IMG/VR virus record: IMGVR_UViG_3300022692_000007
Reading direction: 5' to 3' (one strand)
DNA: 46,181 nt
DNA from: a virus
The first letter of the stretch is position 1, and every line of letters begins with the position of its first letter. The notes under the pieces are model-generated. The model was not told the origin of the DNA, searched no databases, and saw only the letters and a list, made by a program, of their open reading frames with translations. This document shows positions 17,952 to 28,641 of this stretch, piece after piece. The translations under genes and the position numbers were made by a program.

Positions 17952-18650
17952 ATGGAAATCTGGGAAGAGCGTTTTTATGATGAAAAGTACGGCCTGGAGC
18001 CTCCAGTATCATTTAGACATTTCTCCAGGCTGTTGATAAAAAATGACAGGAATTTAAGAAAATTTGCAGAAGAGCTGGTTTATGAACAAATTGCAGATGA
18101 AAAAAAGCGAGCAGTAATGAAAGGTGAAAAATACAAAAAACTAACTGAAAAACAAATCCAAACGAGGATTAAAAAAAAGTATAGTTCAGTTACAACCAAT
18201 TCAGCCAAATACAAATACCAAATGCGCTTCGATGCTTATGATAATCATTTTAAAGAATTACATATTAAAAGCAAAGAAAAAGAGGTTATTGAATGGGAAT
18301 CTGAGCAGCTGAAATTTGCAAAACAAAGATGCAACTATCACAATGACACTTTACAAAAACTTCACGAAGCTCCAGAACGTGACCAAAAACAAGCTGACGG
18401 ATCAGTGATAAAAGGAATTCCACTTGATAAAAAAGTAGACAGTGAAGCTGAAAACCAGCGTGCATATGATAAAAGTCTTGACAGTGTTTACAAGCTATTA
18501 TTTGGAGGTGTTCAAAAACGTGAAAACCACAATCACAATGACAATAGTGGTGAAATGAACATTAATAACAAATTTAATGTAAAAACACTTGCTGAAGAGG
18601 AAATTGAAGCTGATGAGTATTTCAAGCAATTAGATGAGGAATTACAATAA
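17952..18650 (+). CDS. terS: Probable terminase small subunit
   Basis: Immediately upstream of and overlapping terL. Helical, charged, suitable size. GAGGTGA RBS. Positional call only. Confidence 0.55.
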   Translation: MEIWEERFYDEKYGLEPPVSFRHFSRLLIKNDRNLRKFAEELVYEQIADEKKRAVMKGEKYKKLTEKQIQTRIKKKYSSVTTNSAKYKYQMRFDAYDNHFKELHIKSKEKEVIEWESEQLKFAKQRCNYHNDTLQKLHEAPERDQKQADGSVIKGIPLDKKVDSEAENQRAYDKSLDSVYKLLFGGVQKRENHNHNDNSGEMNINNKFNVKTLAEEEIEADEYFKQLDEELQ

Positions 18651-20040
18651 TCAATTCTGTGGTATTATGAATGTAGATGCAACAACTGATTGGCGAAAAC
18701 TATGGCTACAGCAAAGAAACCATTTTAAAGCCACTATTTACAATAATATATTCATACCACAAAACCCTTTTGGTAGACAAGCAAGATTTATCATTTATCC
18801 TGGAGAAGAATCGTTTTACGGTGGCCAAGCAGGTGGTGGAAAAAGCTCAGCCCTTTTAATGAGTGCACTCCAATACGTTGAAGAAAAACACATTCCAGAA
18901 GATCAAAACAAATTAAAGTATAATGCACTTATTATACGTAGAACTCTTGAAGATTTGGACATGCCAAATGCAATAATGGATCGGGCAAAACAATGGCTGC
19001 TTCCAAAAGAAGATGAAGGATTACTTGTTTGGAAAGACCAAAAGAAAAGATTTATCTTCAACAGTGGTGCAACACTAACTTTCAGATATTTGTCCCACAA
19101 CAAGCATTTAAACTCTTATCAAGGTGCTGAGCTTCAGTTTGTCGGCTTTGATGAGCTCACACAGTTTCCAGAAAACCAATACAATTATCTTCATTCACGT
19201 TTACGTAAACTTGAAGACTCAGATATTCCAATCAGAATGCGCGGAGCATCAAATCCTGGAGGTATTGGTCATGATTGGGTTAAAAAAAGATTTGTAGATG
19301 ATGAATCTAAATTACCTTTTATTCCTTCAGCTTATACTGACAACCAATACTTGAACCAGGAAGAATATTCAAAGCAATTAGACAAGCTTGATGAGCTTAC
19401 ACGTTTGCAGCTTAAATATGGTGATTGGAATGCTGTTTTAAGAAGTGGTTTACTTGTCTCACGTGATAAATTAAATAGTGCTTTAATCTCATATCAAAAC
19501 ACCTACAAAACATGGCAGCCTAATTTCTGTACAATTGGAATTGACCCTGCAAGTACCGGACATGATAAATTTGCAATGAGCTGTCTTGTATACTTTAATA
19601 ATGGAAATATTGTACTTGTAGATCTGGATTCAACACCTTCAGCATATCCTGAAGAATTGCTTAGAAATTTCATTATTCGAAATGCTCATTGGAACCCATA
19701 CATTATTAATTTTGAGCAGGAACCTGGAAGTGATTCAACATATGCCTTGAAGCATTGGCAACACATATTAAGAGATTTGGTTAAAAAATATGGAATTACA
19801 GTGAAGAAAACTCAAACCAGCCACTCCAAATACAATCGTGCAAGACCAACAGCAAATATGATCAGACAAAACAGACTGTTTTTTGATGATAGAATAAATG
19901 CTGAAAAGCTAAGGAGCTTGTTTAATCAATATGTTTATATTCATCCGGATAAAGAAGTTATGAAAGAATATCCTTCTCCTGATGAATTAGATAGTTTAGG
20001 ATATGCTTTTATGGAGATTCAGAATGTAATTAGGTTATAA
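18634..20040 (+). CDS. terL: Terminase large subunit
   Basis: Walker A YGGQAGGGKS, Walker B FVGFDE, coupling motif GASNPGG, nuclease IGIDPA...D and PDELDS. Confidence 0.93.
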   Translation: MRNYNNQFCGIMNVDATTDWRKLWLQQRNHFKATIYNNIFIPQNPFGRQARFIIYPGEESFYGGQAGGGKSSALLMSALQYVEEKHIPEDQNKLKYNALIIRRTLEDLDMPNAIMDRAKQWLLPKEDEGLLVWKDQKKRFIFNSGATLTFRYLSHNKHLNSYQGAELQFVGFDELTQFPENQYNYLHSRLRKLEDSDIPIRMRGASNPGGIGHDWVKKRFVDDESKLPFIPSAYTDNQYLNQEEYSKQLDKLDELTRLQLKYGDWNAVLRSGLLVSRDKLNSALISYQNTYKTWQPNFCTIGIDPASTGHDKFAMSCLVYFNNGNIVLVDLDSTPSAYPEELLRNFIIRNAHWNPYIINFEQEPGSDSTYALKHWQHILRDLVKKYGITVKKTQTSHSKYNRARPTANMIRQNRLFFDDRINAEKLRSLFNQYVYIHPDKEVMKEYPSPDELDSLGYAFMEIQNVIRL

Positions 20041-20072
20041 AAAAATAGAAAATTGTAGATGAATAAATTCAC

Positions 20073-23000
20073 CTACTTTTTAACTTTAACAGTCACTTTC
20101 TTGGTAACTTTACTATATGTTGCTGTGTAAGTTACTTTTTTACCCTTTTTAAGTTTTTTGAGAACTGATTTTTTAATAGTTATTTTTGCAACACCTTTGG
20201 CATTGGTTTTGGCTTTGTAGGATTTCTTATTAAACTTGAATTTAATAACTTTACCTTTGACAGCTTTACCATTTATTTTCAATGTTGCTTGGATAACCAG
20301 TTTTTTAGCAGATCTTTTGACCTTGACCTTTTTAAGTGTCAGTGTTGTTTTTGTCACAGGTTTTGGAGCAGGCTTATTCACTGTTACCTTGCCTGTTTTT
20401 GTGAATGATGAATATTTACTATCTCCAGAGTAGGTGATTGAGTAGGAGTATGCAGCATTGGCCAAATCAGGCACTTTAACGTTAGCCACACCATTGACAA
20501 CATCAAATTTATAGTCTTTACCGCCAATGCTTAAAGTGACAGTACCAGTTGCATCGCTAGGCAATTTTACAGTTACTGTTCCAGAAGCGGAACTAGGTAA
20601 AGTCGGAATAACAATATCTTTTTCATCAATATCATATGTGTACTTTCCGGTTGAACTGGATTTAACAAATAATTTATTAGTTTTATTATCATTTGTAACC
20701 GTGTTAATTGAAATAATATCATAAATTCCGATATTTAAATTCAATTTTAAACTAGCAACACCATCATCATTGGTCCAAACAACCTTATCTTCTCCATTAA
20801 TTTTAAATAAAACAGGAACATTGACTAATTTATCTCCAAAGTCATCTAAGAAAATTACATTAAATTCAAAATCAGTATTATTTACAGTATAAACATCATT
20901 TGATTCAATAGTTGAGAAGATTAACAAATAATTTGTTCTATTTTCATTGGCTATAGGATTAATAATCATTATGCGATAATAACCTATTTCCAAATCTTTA
21001 TCTAATATTGCAACACCATTCGAATCTGTCTGTGTTGAATAAAATGTGCCATTCACATTAAACATCACATATTTATTAACTAATAACTCTCCATATTCAT
21101 CATAGAACGTTGCTTGGAAATGCTCATCACTACCATAAACAATCCTAGTATCGTATGATTCAATAGGGTAAAAAGAAAATACTTTAAATATTCTTGTCAA
21201 TGAAACTGATTCAAAATTATCATCACCACTATAAATTATCTCTATTTCATGTTCACCCATCTCAGGTTCAAGAATATACTCATCACCAACATCCATAGAG
21301 TATTCATATTCACCATCAACATAAATATCAAATGTTCCAGTAGCATCACTTACGACACTTGGTCTAACAACTAAATCTTCACCTTCAACAACATTATTAA
21401 TAATCAAATCCAAATGAGGATTTTCTAATGGCAAAACATTAATTTCATCTGTTAGATTGCAAGAGGTATAATTAGTATTGCCGGAATAAAAGAGTGTGAT
21501 TCTGTATGTATCAACTTCCAAATCGTCTATGTTAAATTCAACATATCCATCAGTTATTTCGGAAGTATAGTTTCTACCGTTAAAGTTAACTGTAAATTCT
21601 CCTGTTAAATCTTCAGGTTGAATAATATTAATTGTAAACAAACCATTAACATTTACATCATCATATTCGATTTTTATTGTTGGAACCATTTTATATACTT
21701 CAAAAAATGCTCCACAACCAGTTCTTGAGACATTATTTACAAAATCAATATGGATAGAATAAACACCCGCTGCCAAATTAGGAATGGTTATGCTACCTTT
21801 ACGATTTTCAACATTACTATAAAAAGTCTGATTTAAAATTGAAGTTGAAATAATTCCTGAAACAGAATCTTGAAGCTCCACTTCAATAATTACATCATTA
21901 TTATAAGTAACATTTCTAACAGTAATGTTCATAGGTTCCTGTAAAACGGTAATGACACTTGAAGCTGAACAATAATTCATGTTTATAGTGTCATTGTTGC
22001 TTACCGTTAAGTCATAGTCTCCTCCCACTAAATTTTTTGCAGAAATTCTTCCAGTACCATTTGCATCAGTTTGGACATAATAGGTTTGGTAAGTAAGTTG
22101 AGGCATGTACAATTTAAGAATTATCCCTGGAACTGGCAATCCACTGTTAACGTTAGTGACATGAATTGTGACCTTATTGTCATCACCATAATATTCTTTA
22201 TATGGATCGATTTCGATTTTAATATTTGCTTTTATAACAGTAATGTTAGTTGTCAGTTTTTCAGATTTTAAAGCACCTGAAGTACTCATTTCAACACTAT
22301 AGCTCCCAACTTCAAGCTGTTTCATGCTGAGTGTACCGCCACTTTGATCGAAAATGTACAAGTTAGCTGTTTTAAATGAAGCTATACCATTTTCATCAAT
22401 GGTTGCAGAGTGGCCAACTGAAATGCTTCCTCTAAGGAGCAATGATAATTTTTTACCTTTTAATGAAGTAGTGTTATCATCCACATCAGTTACTTTAAAT
22501 GTGAAGTTACCGTCTTGGTATTCGTTAACTGTGTTTGCTGCAACAATTTGGACATTGTAAATCCTGTTTAAATTAATGTCTTTAGTTGCATTTACGATTC
22601 CTGTATATTTAATGTTTAAGTTTGCGGTGGTAAAGTTACCGTTTTCAAGAGTAAATATTACTGTTCTATTAACTAATTCCCATTCAGTAACTGTGATGTT
22701 TTTGGTTTCATTTCCATCATTATAGGTTACTGTAATGTTTAAGTTTTCTTTACTGAAATCATAGGTATCCACGCCATTGGTAATATTGATAATATGGATT
22801 TCACCTTTTTTAGTGGAATTCACATTAATTGAATTGCTGTTTATTTTAATTTCAGCATCATCATTTGTATTAATATCATTTAATTCATTATTTTCATTGT
22901 TTGTCTTACTATGAAGTTTATTTGTTTCATAATATGAATCAATTTTTCCAGTATCTTCCATAGAACTCATATCATTATTCTCTTTAGAAATAATATTTTC

Positions 23001-23138
23001 ATTTTCCACAGAAATAATTTCATCACTTTGATATTCACTAAACACAGTTGTTTCATTCGCATCACTAGCTACTGCACTAGCAATACTGAACAAACAAATT
23101 AGTAAACAAATGAATACTAAACTCTTTTTATATTTCAT
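20073..23138 (-). CDS. Large adhesin-like surface protein (1021 aa), antisense, between terL and portal
   Basis: GGGAG RBS then MKYKKSLVFICLLICLFSIASAVA signal peptide. Repeated Ig-like modules (YSGD, TDSNGVA). Lys-rich C-terminal domain (KAKTNAKGVAKITIKK). Confidence 0.85.
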   Translation of the reverse strand: MKYKKSLVFICLLICLFSIASAVASDANETTVFSEYQSDEIISVENENIISKENNDMSSMEDTGKIDSYYETNKLHSKTNNENNELNDINTNDDAEIKINSNSINVNSTKKGEIHIINITNGVDTYDFSKENLNITVTYNDGNETKNITVTEWELVNRTVIFTLENGNFTTANLNIKYTGIVNATKDINLNRIYNVQIVAANTVNEYQDGNFTFKVTDVDDNTTSLKGKKLSLLLRGSISVGHSATIDENGIASFKTANLYIFDQSGGTLSMKQLEVGSYSVEMSTSGALKSEKLTTNITVIKANIKIEIDPYKEYYGDDNKVTIHVTNVNSGLPVPGIILKLYMPQLTYQTYYVQTDANGTGRISAKNLVGGDYDLTVSNNDTINMNYCSASSVITVLQEPMNITVRNVTYNNDVIIEVELQDSVSGIISTSILNQTFYSNVENRKGSITIPNLAAGVYSIHIDFVNNVSRTGCGAFFEVYKMVPTIKIEYDDVNVNGLFTINIIQPEDLTGEFTVNFNGRNYTSEITDGYVEFNIDDLEVDTYRITLFYSGNTNYTSCNLTDEINVLPLENPHLDLIINNVVEGEDLVVRPSVVSDATGTFDIYVDGEYEYSMDVGDEYILEPEMGEHEIEIIYSGDDNFESVSLTRIFKVFSFYPIESYDTRIVYGSDEHFQATFYDEYGELLVNKYVMFNVNGTFYSTQTDSNGVAILDKDLEIGYYRIMIINPIANENRTNYLLIFSTIESNDVYTVNNTDFEFNVIFLDDFGDKLVNVPVLFKINGEDKVVWTNDDGVASLKLNLNIGIYDIISINTVTNDNKTNKLFVKSSSTGKYTYDIDEKDIVIPTLPSSASGTVTVKLPSDATGTVTLSIGGKDYKFDVVNGVANVKVPDLANAAYSYSITYSGDSKYSSFTKTGKVTVNKPAPKPVTKTTLTLKKVKVKRSAKKLVIQATLKINGKAVKGKVIKFKFNKKSYKAKTNAKGVAKITIKKSVLKKLKKGKKVTYTATYSKVTKKVTVKVKK

Positions 23139-23436
23139 ATAATTTCTCCCTAATTTTATTTTAATTGATATATATTTATGCACAAGATATGTATTAATAG
23201 TTTCGATTTAAAAAAATATTAAAACCACCTATTTTCTTTAATAGAATAATATTCTAATAATTATCACTAAATCAACTGACACTATTTTTATTAGAGTATA
23301 TATTGAAGGTGCATTTAATTTTACAAATTATGTTGCCGAATTTTACTTAGAAAATATTGCCACTAATGTGTCTAACCATTTTGTTTTTCCTTCTTAAAAA
23401 AATGTACCTTCATAATTCACCTTTTGAGCTGATTAA

Positions 23437-24771
23437 ATGAAAGTTAATTTCTCCAGAATAAATAATGGCTTGGAAATTAATAAAAAACAAATTCAAGCTA
23501 GTATTGCTCCAAAAACAAGAAAAGAAGATAAAGACTACAAATATAAACTTTATCCATTGGTTAGTGTTTCAATAGCTCAAAATCTTATCTTGCAAAATAA
23601 TAAACTTGACAAGGCAATACGTATTCTAGCTCAAGATGTGATATTAAATGAATTCACTTATCTAAATGATGAGAAAGAAACTGATGAAAATCTGATAAAT
23701 TTCTGGAAGAATAACATTAATGAATTGTACAAGCAAGTCCAAGAATTTTACAGTTATGGCTTTGGAGCTTCTGAAATTATTTTTGATGAAAAAACAGGCC
23801 GTCCAAAAGAACTGTATCAGATTCCAGCTGAAACCGTATGCATCAAACAAGAATCAAATGGTGATGGAACCTTCAGCTATTATGCTATTCAGGAAATTGT
23901 TGGAAAACCGGCTATTAAAATGAAGCTTTCAAGGTTTAAATATGATGCTGAAGACGATGATCTACCAACTTGCTTCTGGTTGGGTGGTGGAAAAACTTCT
24001 GAGTTTTATGAAATCCCTTATTGGGTGCCGGCTGTTAATAGTATTAGTGCAAAAGTTGCACTGGATGAGCTTAACGCCAAAAAAATTAATGAAGGTAACT
24101 TGATGAGCGGGATTTTAGTCATTAGACGTCCGCCGGCTATTGATGGTGAAAAAGAGGAAACCAAAAAAGATTTACAAAATCAAATGGCTGATGCTGGAAC
24201 AGGAATTTTGACTTTAGACTTGGAAAGTTTCAATACTGAAATTCCTTTAGAGGTGCAATATGTACCAATCAGTGAGCAAAACTATTCATATTTATCTGAA
24301 TTAGCCGATAGATGTGATGATGATATTTTGGCCTGTTTTAGTATACCAAAAGTACGTTTAATGATCGATGATGTTACGGAATCAATGAATTCAAATAAAT
24401 CTAATACAATCTATGAAATTTACACTAAAAGCTTAGAAAATGAGCAGCTACCATTTGAAATTGAAATCAACAAATTCAATAAAAAATATTTTGAATATGC
24501 TGGAACCGTTAATATTGAAACACCAATATTTAGTGATAAAAAAGATGTTGAAATCAATACAATTCTTACATTGTTCAATAACGGTTTAATTACTCTTGGT
24601 GAGGCTATTAAAGCAGTTAGTGTTTACTATCCGGCTTTACAATTGGAATATAATGATACAAATCCATTGTTTAGTGAAAGATATTACAATGGTAGGATTT
24701 TAGGAATGGCTGAAGCTTCCGAAGAAGATTTTAGTCAATTGAATGGTGTGATGGCATGGCTTCAATCTTAA
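23437..24771 (+). CDS. Portal protein
   Basis: EFYSYGFGASEIIFD...PKELYQIPAETV and ILACFSIP motifs, 444 aa, position after the terminase. Confidence 0.85.
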   Translation: MKVNFSRINNGLEINKKQIQASIAPKTRKEDKDYKYKLYPLVSVSIAQNLILQNNKLDKAIRILAQDVILNEFTYLNDEKETDENLINFWKNNINELYKQVQEFYSYGFGASEIIFDEKTGRPKELYQIPAETVCIKQESNGDGTFSYYAIQEIVGKPAIKMKLSRFKYDAEDDDLPTCFWLGGGKTSEFYEIPYWVPAVNSISAKVALDELNAKKINEGNLMSGILVIRRPPAIDGEKEETKKDLQNQMADAGTGILTLDLESFNTEIPLEVQYVPISEQNYSYLSELADRCDDDILACFSIPKVRLMIDDVTESMNSNKSNTIYEIYTKSLENEQLPFEIEINKFNKKYFEYAGTVNIETPIFSDKKDVEINTILTLFNNGLITLGEAIKAVSVYYPALQLEYNDTNPLFSERYYNGRILGMAEASEEDFSQLNGVMAWLQS

Positions 24772-25595
24772 ATAACAAATATTGGATAAATAAATCTCTT
24801 ATTGAAAAAAGAGAAAACCAGAAGGCAGCCTATAGAATTCAAGTTTATAATAATAATGTAATTGATAAGTATATTGAAGATTTTACAAATGATGAAGCAA
24901 TTGCAAGACCGTCACAGGCAACTTTATATGCTGATTTATGGATTTTAAACAAACCACATGTAAACAAGCAATATCAAAAAATTCTTAACTCCAAATACAC
25001 AAGCGATAAAGCATTGTTTGAGATGCTAATTAAAAATAAAGCTAATGCACGTCTTACAACTGTTGTTGAAGCTGAACTTGAAAGAATTAATAAGAATTTA
25101 GACTACACTGAAAAGGTGCTAAAAACTCATGAATTAAATCTAAAAGAATATCAAAAAATAGCTAAGCGTGAAAGCAATATTGCAAACCGTAAAAATATTA
25201 TGGAACGTAGTGTAAAAGATTTAGATTTCATCAGGAGCAAATTTGGTGTAAATATTCAACCAAACGTTTTTTCTTATCGTGATTTGGAAAATACTGCTGA
25301 AGCTTTAAACCGGCAAACTCAAATGGCTGCTGGTTGGGAAGAATATGATGCAATAAATCAAGAAGCAAAAGAAAAAGGCCTTCCGGATGTTTACACACAA
25401 AAAGAGTGGATTTGGACCGGTGAAGGTTTAACTACAAGACATGAATCAAATCATGGTCAGATTGTAGATTTTTATGAAACATTCACTATTGTAAATGATG
25501 CAAATGGTGATGTTGATGAGTTAATGTATCCATGTGATCCAAACGGTAGTTTTTCAAATACTGGTATTTGTTATTGTCAGATGAGAGCATTCTAA
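24756..25595 (+). CDS. Head morphogenesis / minor head protein (SPP1 gp7, Mu gpF-like)
   Basis: C-terminal KEWIW...TRH...HGQIV...F...LMYPCDP...CYC pattern. Confidence 0.8.
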   Translation: MASILNNKYWINKSLIEKRENQKAAYRIQVYNNNVIDKYIEDFTNDEAIARPSQATLYADLWILNKPHVNKQYQKILNSKYTSDKALFEMLIKNKANARLTTVVEAELERINKNLDYTEKVLKTHELNLKEYQKIAKRESNIANRKNIMERSVKDLDFIRSKFGVNIQPNVFSYRDLENTAEALNRQTQMAAGWEEYDAINQEAKEKGLPDVYTQKEWIWTGEGLTTRHESNHGQIVDFYETFTIVNDANGDVDELMYPCDPNGSFSNTGICYCQMRAF

Positions 25596-25695
25596 AATAT
25601 ATTTTTTTATAATTTTTCGTAACATAGCTAAATTACTTTTTGTTTTTTCTAGTTTGAGTCTAGAGGCTATGATTTAATCTTAAATAAAATTTAAT

Positions 25696-26703
25696 GTGAG
25701 GTTATTCAAATTGAGCGAAGCAACTTATATTACTGGAGTTGTAATAGCCAATGGTGTTCCAGATAGTGACGGAGATTGTCTTTATAAAAAGGACATTAAA
25801 AAAATCTTCACGAAATATCTTGACCGGGCCACTGATGTAATGCACACCAGAATTAAAAACGAAGGTGTTGAAGTTCTTGCAAATTGGATTACTGAAAGTG
25901 ACACACAATTAAATGGCAAGACCGTTCCCGCTGGTTCCTGGATGGCTACATTTGCAGTAACAAATGAAGAATTATTATCTTCAATACTTGATGGTAGTAT
26001 TCAAGGTTTAAGTCTTGGTTCAGTTTCTGAAGATGCTATGACTAAAAAATATTGGTTTATCAATAAATCAATACATTATCAGGACTTAGAGGATATGGAA
26101 GAAGTTATTCCATTGTTTATTAGTTTTGTAGATAAAGGAGCGAACCAATATGGCTTAGAAATAATGGACTATAATGTTTACATTAATAAAAATGATAAAA
26201 ACGGTGAAAAAATGACTGAAGAAGAAATAGTAACTAATGAAGAACCTATGATTCCAATATCTGCACTTGATAAACTTCGTGAGTTCTTTAGCTTTACAAA
26301 AAATGAAGCTATTGATGAAACTCCTGAAGTTAACAAACAAGAAACAGATGTTGAAGAACCTGTCAATGATGACATTTCAAATAAGGAATTGCTGGAAAAA
26401 TTACCTGCTGCCTTAGCAGAATCTGTTAAAGAAGCAATCAGTGAAGCAGTCGCCAATGCTAATACTGATGAAGATATTGATAAGAATGACAAAAATGATG
26501 AAGAAGAAAAAGATGAAGGCTCTGAAGAGGAAAATGTAGAAGAAAAACCTGAAGAGTCTGAAAATGATGAAAAAGAAAAAGAAGATGTCGAAATTAATAA
26601 AAGACAAACTTCTATGACTGATATTGTAGTCGATGATGCTCCTTCACAAGATTTCTATCAAAGAACCCATAGGGATCATTTAGGAAGGAAAATAAGAAAC
26701 TAA
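25696..26703 (+). CDS. XkdF-like prohead protease with acidic C-terminal scaffold region
   Basis: PDSDGD, DVMH, VPAGSWM and GSIQGLSLGS motifs. Long E/D-rich tail. Precedes the capsid gene. Confidence 0.8.
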   Translation: MRLFKLSEATYITGVVIANGVPDSDGDCLYKKDIKKIFTKYLDRATDVMHTRIKNEGVEVLANWITESDTQLNGKTVPAGSWMATFAVTNEELLSSILDGSIQGLSLGSVSEDAMTKKYWFINKSIHYQDLEDMEEVIPLFISFVDKGANQYGLEIMDYNVYINKNDKNGEKMTEEEIVTNEEPMIPISALDKLREFFSFTKNEAIDETPEVNKQETDVEEPVNDDISNKELLEKLPAALAESVKEAISEAVANANTDEDIDKNDKNDEEEKDEGSEEENVEEKPEESENDEKEKEDVEINKRQTSMTDIVVDDAPSQDFYQRTHRDHLGRKIRN

Positions 26704-26737
26704 TTTTTTTTAAAATAATTTTAATGAGCTGATAAAT

Positions 26738-27826
26738 ATGTCTGTTACAATTGTAGATGCAAAAACTATTGAAGATAATTTGCCATTTATTTTAAAATGG
26801 TCTAAAAATCCAATTGGAAACGGTGGAGCAATCAATCCAGGTTGGAAACAGCAAACTGAAATTGATAGGTTCCTTGAATTAGTTGAAAGTACTCCAAGTA
26901 TATTAAACGATGCAAGATTTATTCAAATGGATAGTATTGAACACGATATTAACTACCTTCGTGTAAAAGCAAGATTACAATCCATGAAAAAATTGTCTGG
27001 TGAAAATAAAGGTGCACCACTTCAAAAAGATTACACCACTGCTATTGAAGAAACCGTACCTGAATTTAGTAGGTCCAGACTTGTAGCTGAACCATTCTCA
27101 ATATTTACATACACCAGCAAATTATTCTTAAAAACCAATATCGAGCACGATTCTTTCTTGACTCATATTGAAGCTATTCTTGCTGAAAGGGCAGGTTATT
27201 CTGCTGAAAATATTGGAATGTATGGTATCAAAAACGAGAACACTACAAGTACTGATGGTGTACATCAAATTGACGGTGTTTTCAAACAATTGGAAGATAT
27301 TGCAAGTAATTACGAAACCAATGTTGCAATTGACCGCAGAGCGCCTATGGGTTATTACCATGACATTGATGCAAGTGGTGATTTGGCAAAACAAATCAAA
27401 AGAATGATTACCCAATTCACCAAACAGAAAGGTAAAAGGTCTAAAGCAAAAATCTATGTTTCTACTGAACTTGAAGGTTTATTAATTGAACAGGCTGACC
27501 AAAGACCAACTCAAAGAGGTGATAACCTTTACTTTGATGATAATGGTCAGTTAACACTTTGGGGTGTTCCAATTGTTCAAGCTGATTTCTTAGATGAACC
27601 TGATAATGGATTTGAAGAACAAATCTTAATGGCTGATCCAGATAGCATTGTATTTGGTTTTTTAAATGAAATCGAATCTGAAAACGAATATGAATTATCT
27701 GCAAAAGCATATCTTTCAACTGTAGATGTTTACTTTGATGTATTGATTTTATACAACAAAGATGTATTGGCTGCAAGAATCACCAATATACCATCAGCTG
27801 TTGAGGACGGTGAGGATTCTCCCTAA
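26738..27826 (+). CDS. Major capsid protein (HK97 fold)
   Basis: 362 aa after the protease. LWGVPIVQADFL and ILMADPDSIVFG are typical of the HK97-type C-terminal part. Ends CCC-TAA. Confidence 0.85.
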   Translation: MSVTIVDAKTIEDNLPFILKWSKNPIGNGGAINPGWKQQTEIDRFLELVESTPSILNDARFIQMDSIEHDINYLRVKARLQSMKKLSGENKGAPLQKDYTTAIEETVPEFSRSRLVAEPFSIFTYTSKLFLKTNIEHDSFLTHIEAILAERAGYSAENIGMYGIKNENTTSTDGVHQIDGVFKQLEDIASNYETNVAIDRRAPMGYYHDIDASGDLAKQIKRMITQFTKQKGKRSKAKIYVSTELEGLLIEQADQRPTQRGDNLYFDDNGQLTLWGVPIVQADFLDEPDNGFEEQILMADPDSIVFGFLNEIESENEYELSAKAYLSTVDVYFDVLILYNKDVLAARITNIPSAVEDGEDSP

Positions 27827-28148
27827 TAGTGAGGTGAATCCTGAAAAAAGAAATATTGGTGTAACTGTAACTGATGGTTCCACTTCTATCAGTGGAGTTT
27901 CTGTCGGATTATATCCATCAGCGGAACATCCTGAAGGGGAGCCAATTAAATCATGTACTACTGGTAGTGCTGGTGGTTGTACATTAAGAGATGTGGAAGA
28001 TGGAGAATATCTATTATTTGCATCAGCAACTATATCTGGTGAAGATTATACTGCTGAAAGAATTATTGATGTTTCTGATAGTAATGATGAGTTTGAACTG
28101 ATTTTAATTAATGTTTCGGAACCTATAGATAGTGGAAGGATTACTTGA
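27825..28148 (+). CDS. Ig-like domain in the +1 frame, probably expressed as a capsid C-terminal extension
   Basis: Open in the +1 frame across the MCP stop (CCT AAT AGT GAG...). No in-frame ATG after the MCP stop. IGVTVTD...GVSV...TTGSAGGCTLRDVEDGEY is an Ig/prealbumin-like beta-sandwich pattern. Confidence 0.7.
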   Translation, partial: NSEVNPEKRNIGVTVTDGSTSISGVSVGLYPSAEHPEGEPIKSCTTGSAGGCTLRDVEDGEYLLFASATISGEDYTAERIIDVSDSNDEFELILINVSEPIDSGRIT

Positions 28149-28238
28149 TTATGATTAATTTTTAGGTTGAAAATTACTTATCAAATTTTCAATCCTATGA
28201 TTAATTATTTTAGTACTTTTTTAAAGGTTGTGTGAATA

Positions 28239-28625
28239 ATGGATGATGAAACAATAATTAAAGAAGTGTTATTTAAACTGGATAACTGGACGGTTGCTGA
28301 TGTAGATAACGAGGACAATTTAATTGATTCTGAGTACAATGGCATGGACTATAATAAAAAAGTGTCAAGTGAAGAAATCCTACACTTCTATAATGTGGCA
28401 CAAAACTACGCTTTATCCTACACACAATTGTCTGATTTTTCAGATATTGCAATCAGCGACACTGCATTGATATTGTGGACAGCTGGACTTCTTTGGAGGA
28501 AATATGATATAAGGCCAAATGACCAAATTGACGAATCTATTTCAATCGGTTATGGAGACTCATTGATAATTCAAGCAAAAGAAATGTTAAAACCTTATAA
28601 AAAATACAATTTCAATATTTTCTAA
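28239..28625 (+). CDS. Probable head-tail adaptor
   Basis: Small helical protein directly after the capsid gene. Positional call. Confidence 0.55.
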   Translation: MDDETIIKEVLFKLDNWTVADVDNEDNLIDSEYNGMDYNKKVSSEEILHFYNVAQNYALSYTQLSDFSDIAISDTALILWTAGLLWRKYDIRPNDQIDESISIGYGDSLIIQAKEMLKPYKKYNFNIF

Positions 28626-28641
28626 AACGTAGGTGGAAAAT

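Noticed and set aside
20070-23234. CACCTA(C/T)TTT at 20070 and 23225 as a target-site duplication around the adhesin
   Set aside because: Imperfect, and explainable as AGGTG RBS-like words on the minus strand in AT-rich DNA.
27762-27824. Independent start of the Ig-like ORF at ATG 27762 (ORF track)
   Set aside because: It lies 65 nt inside the capsid gene with no clear RBS and gives an implausible N-terminus. The CCC-TAA frameshift explains the ORF better, though the independent start is not excluded.
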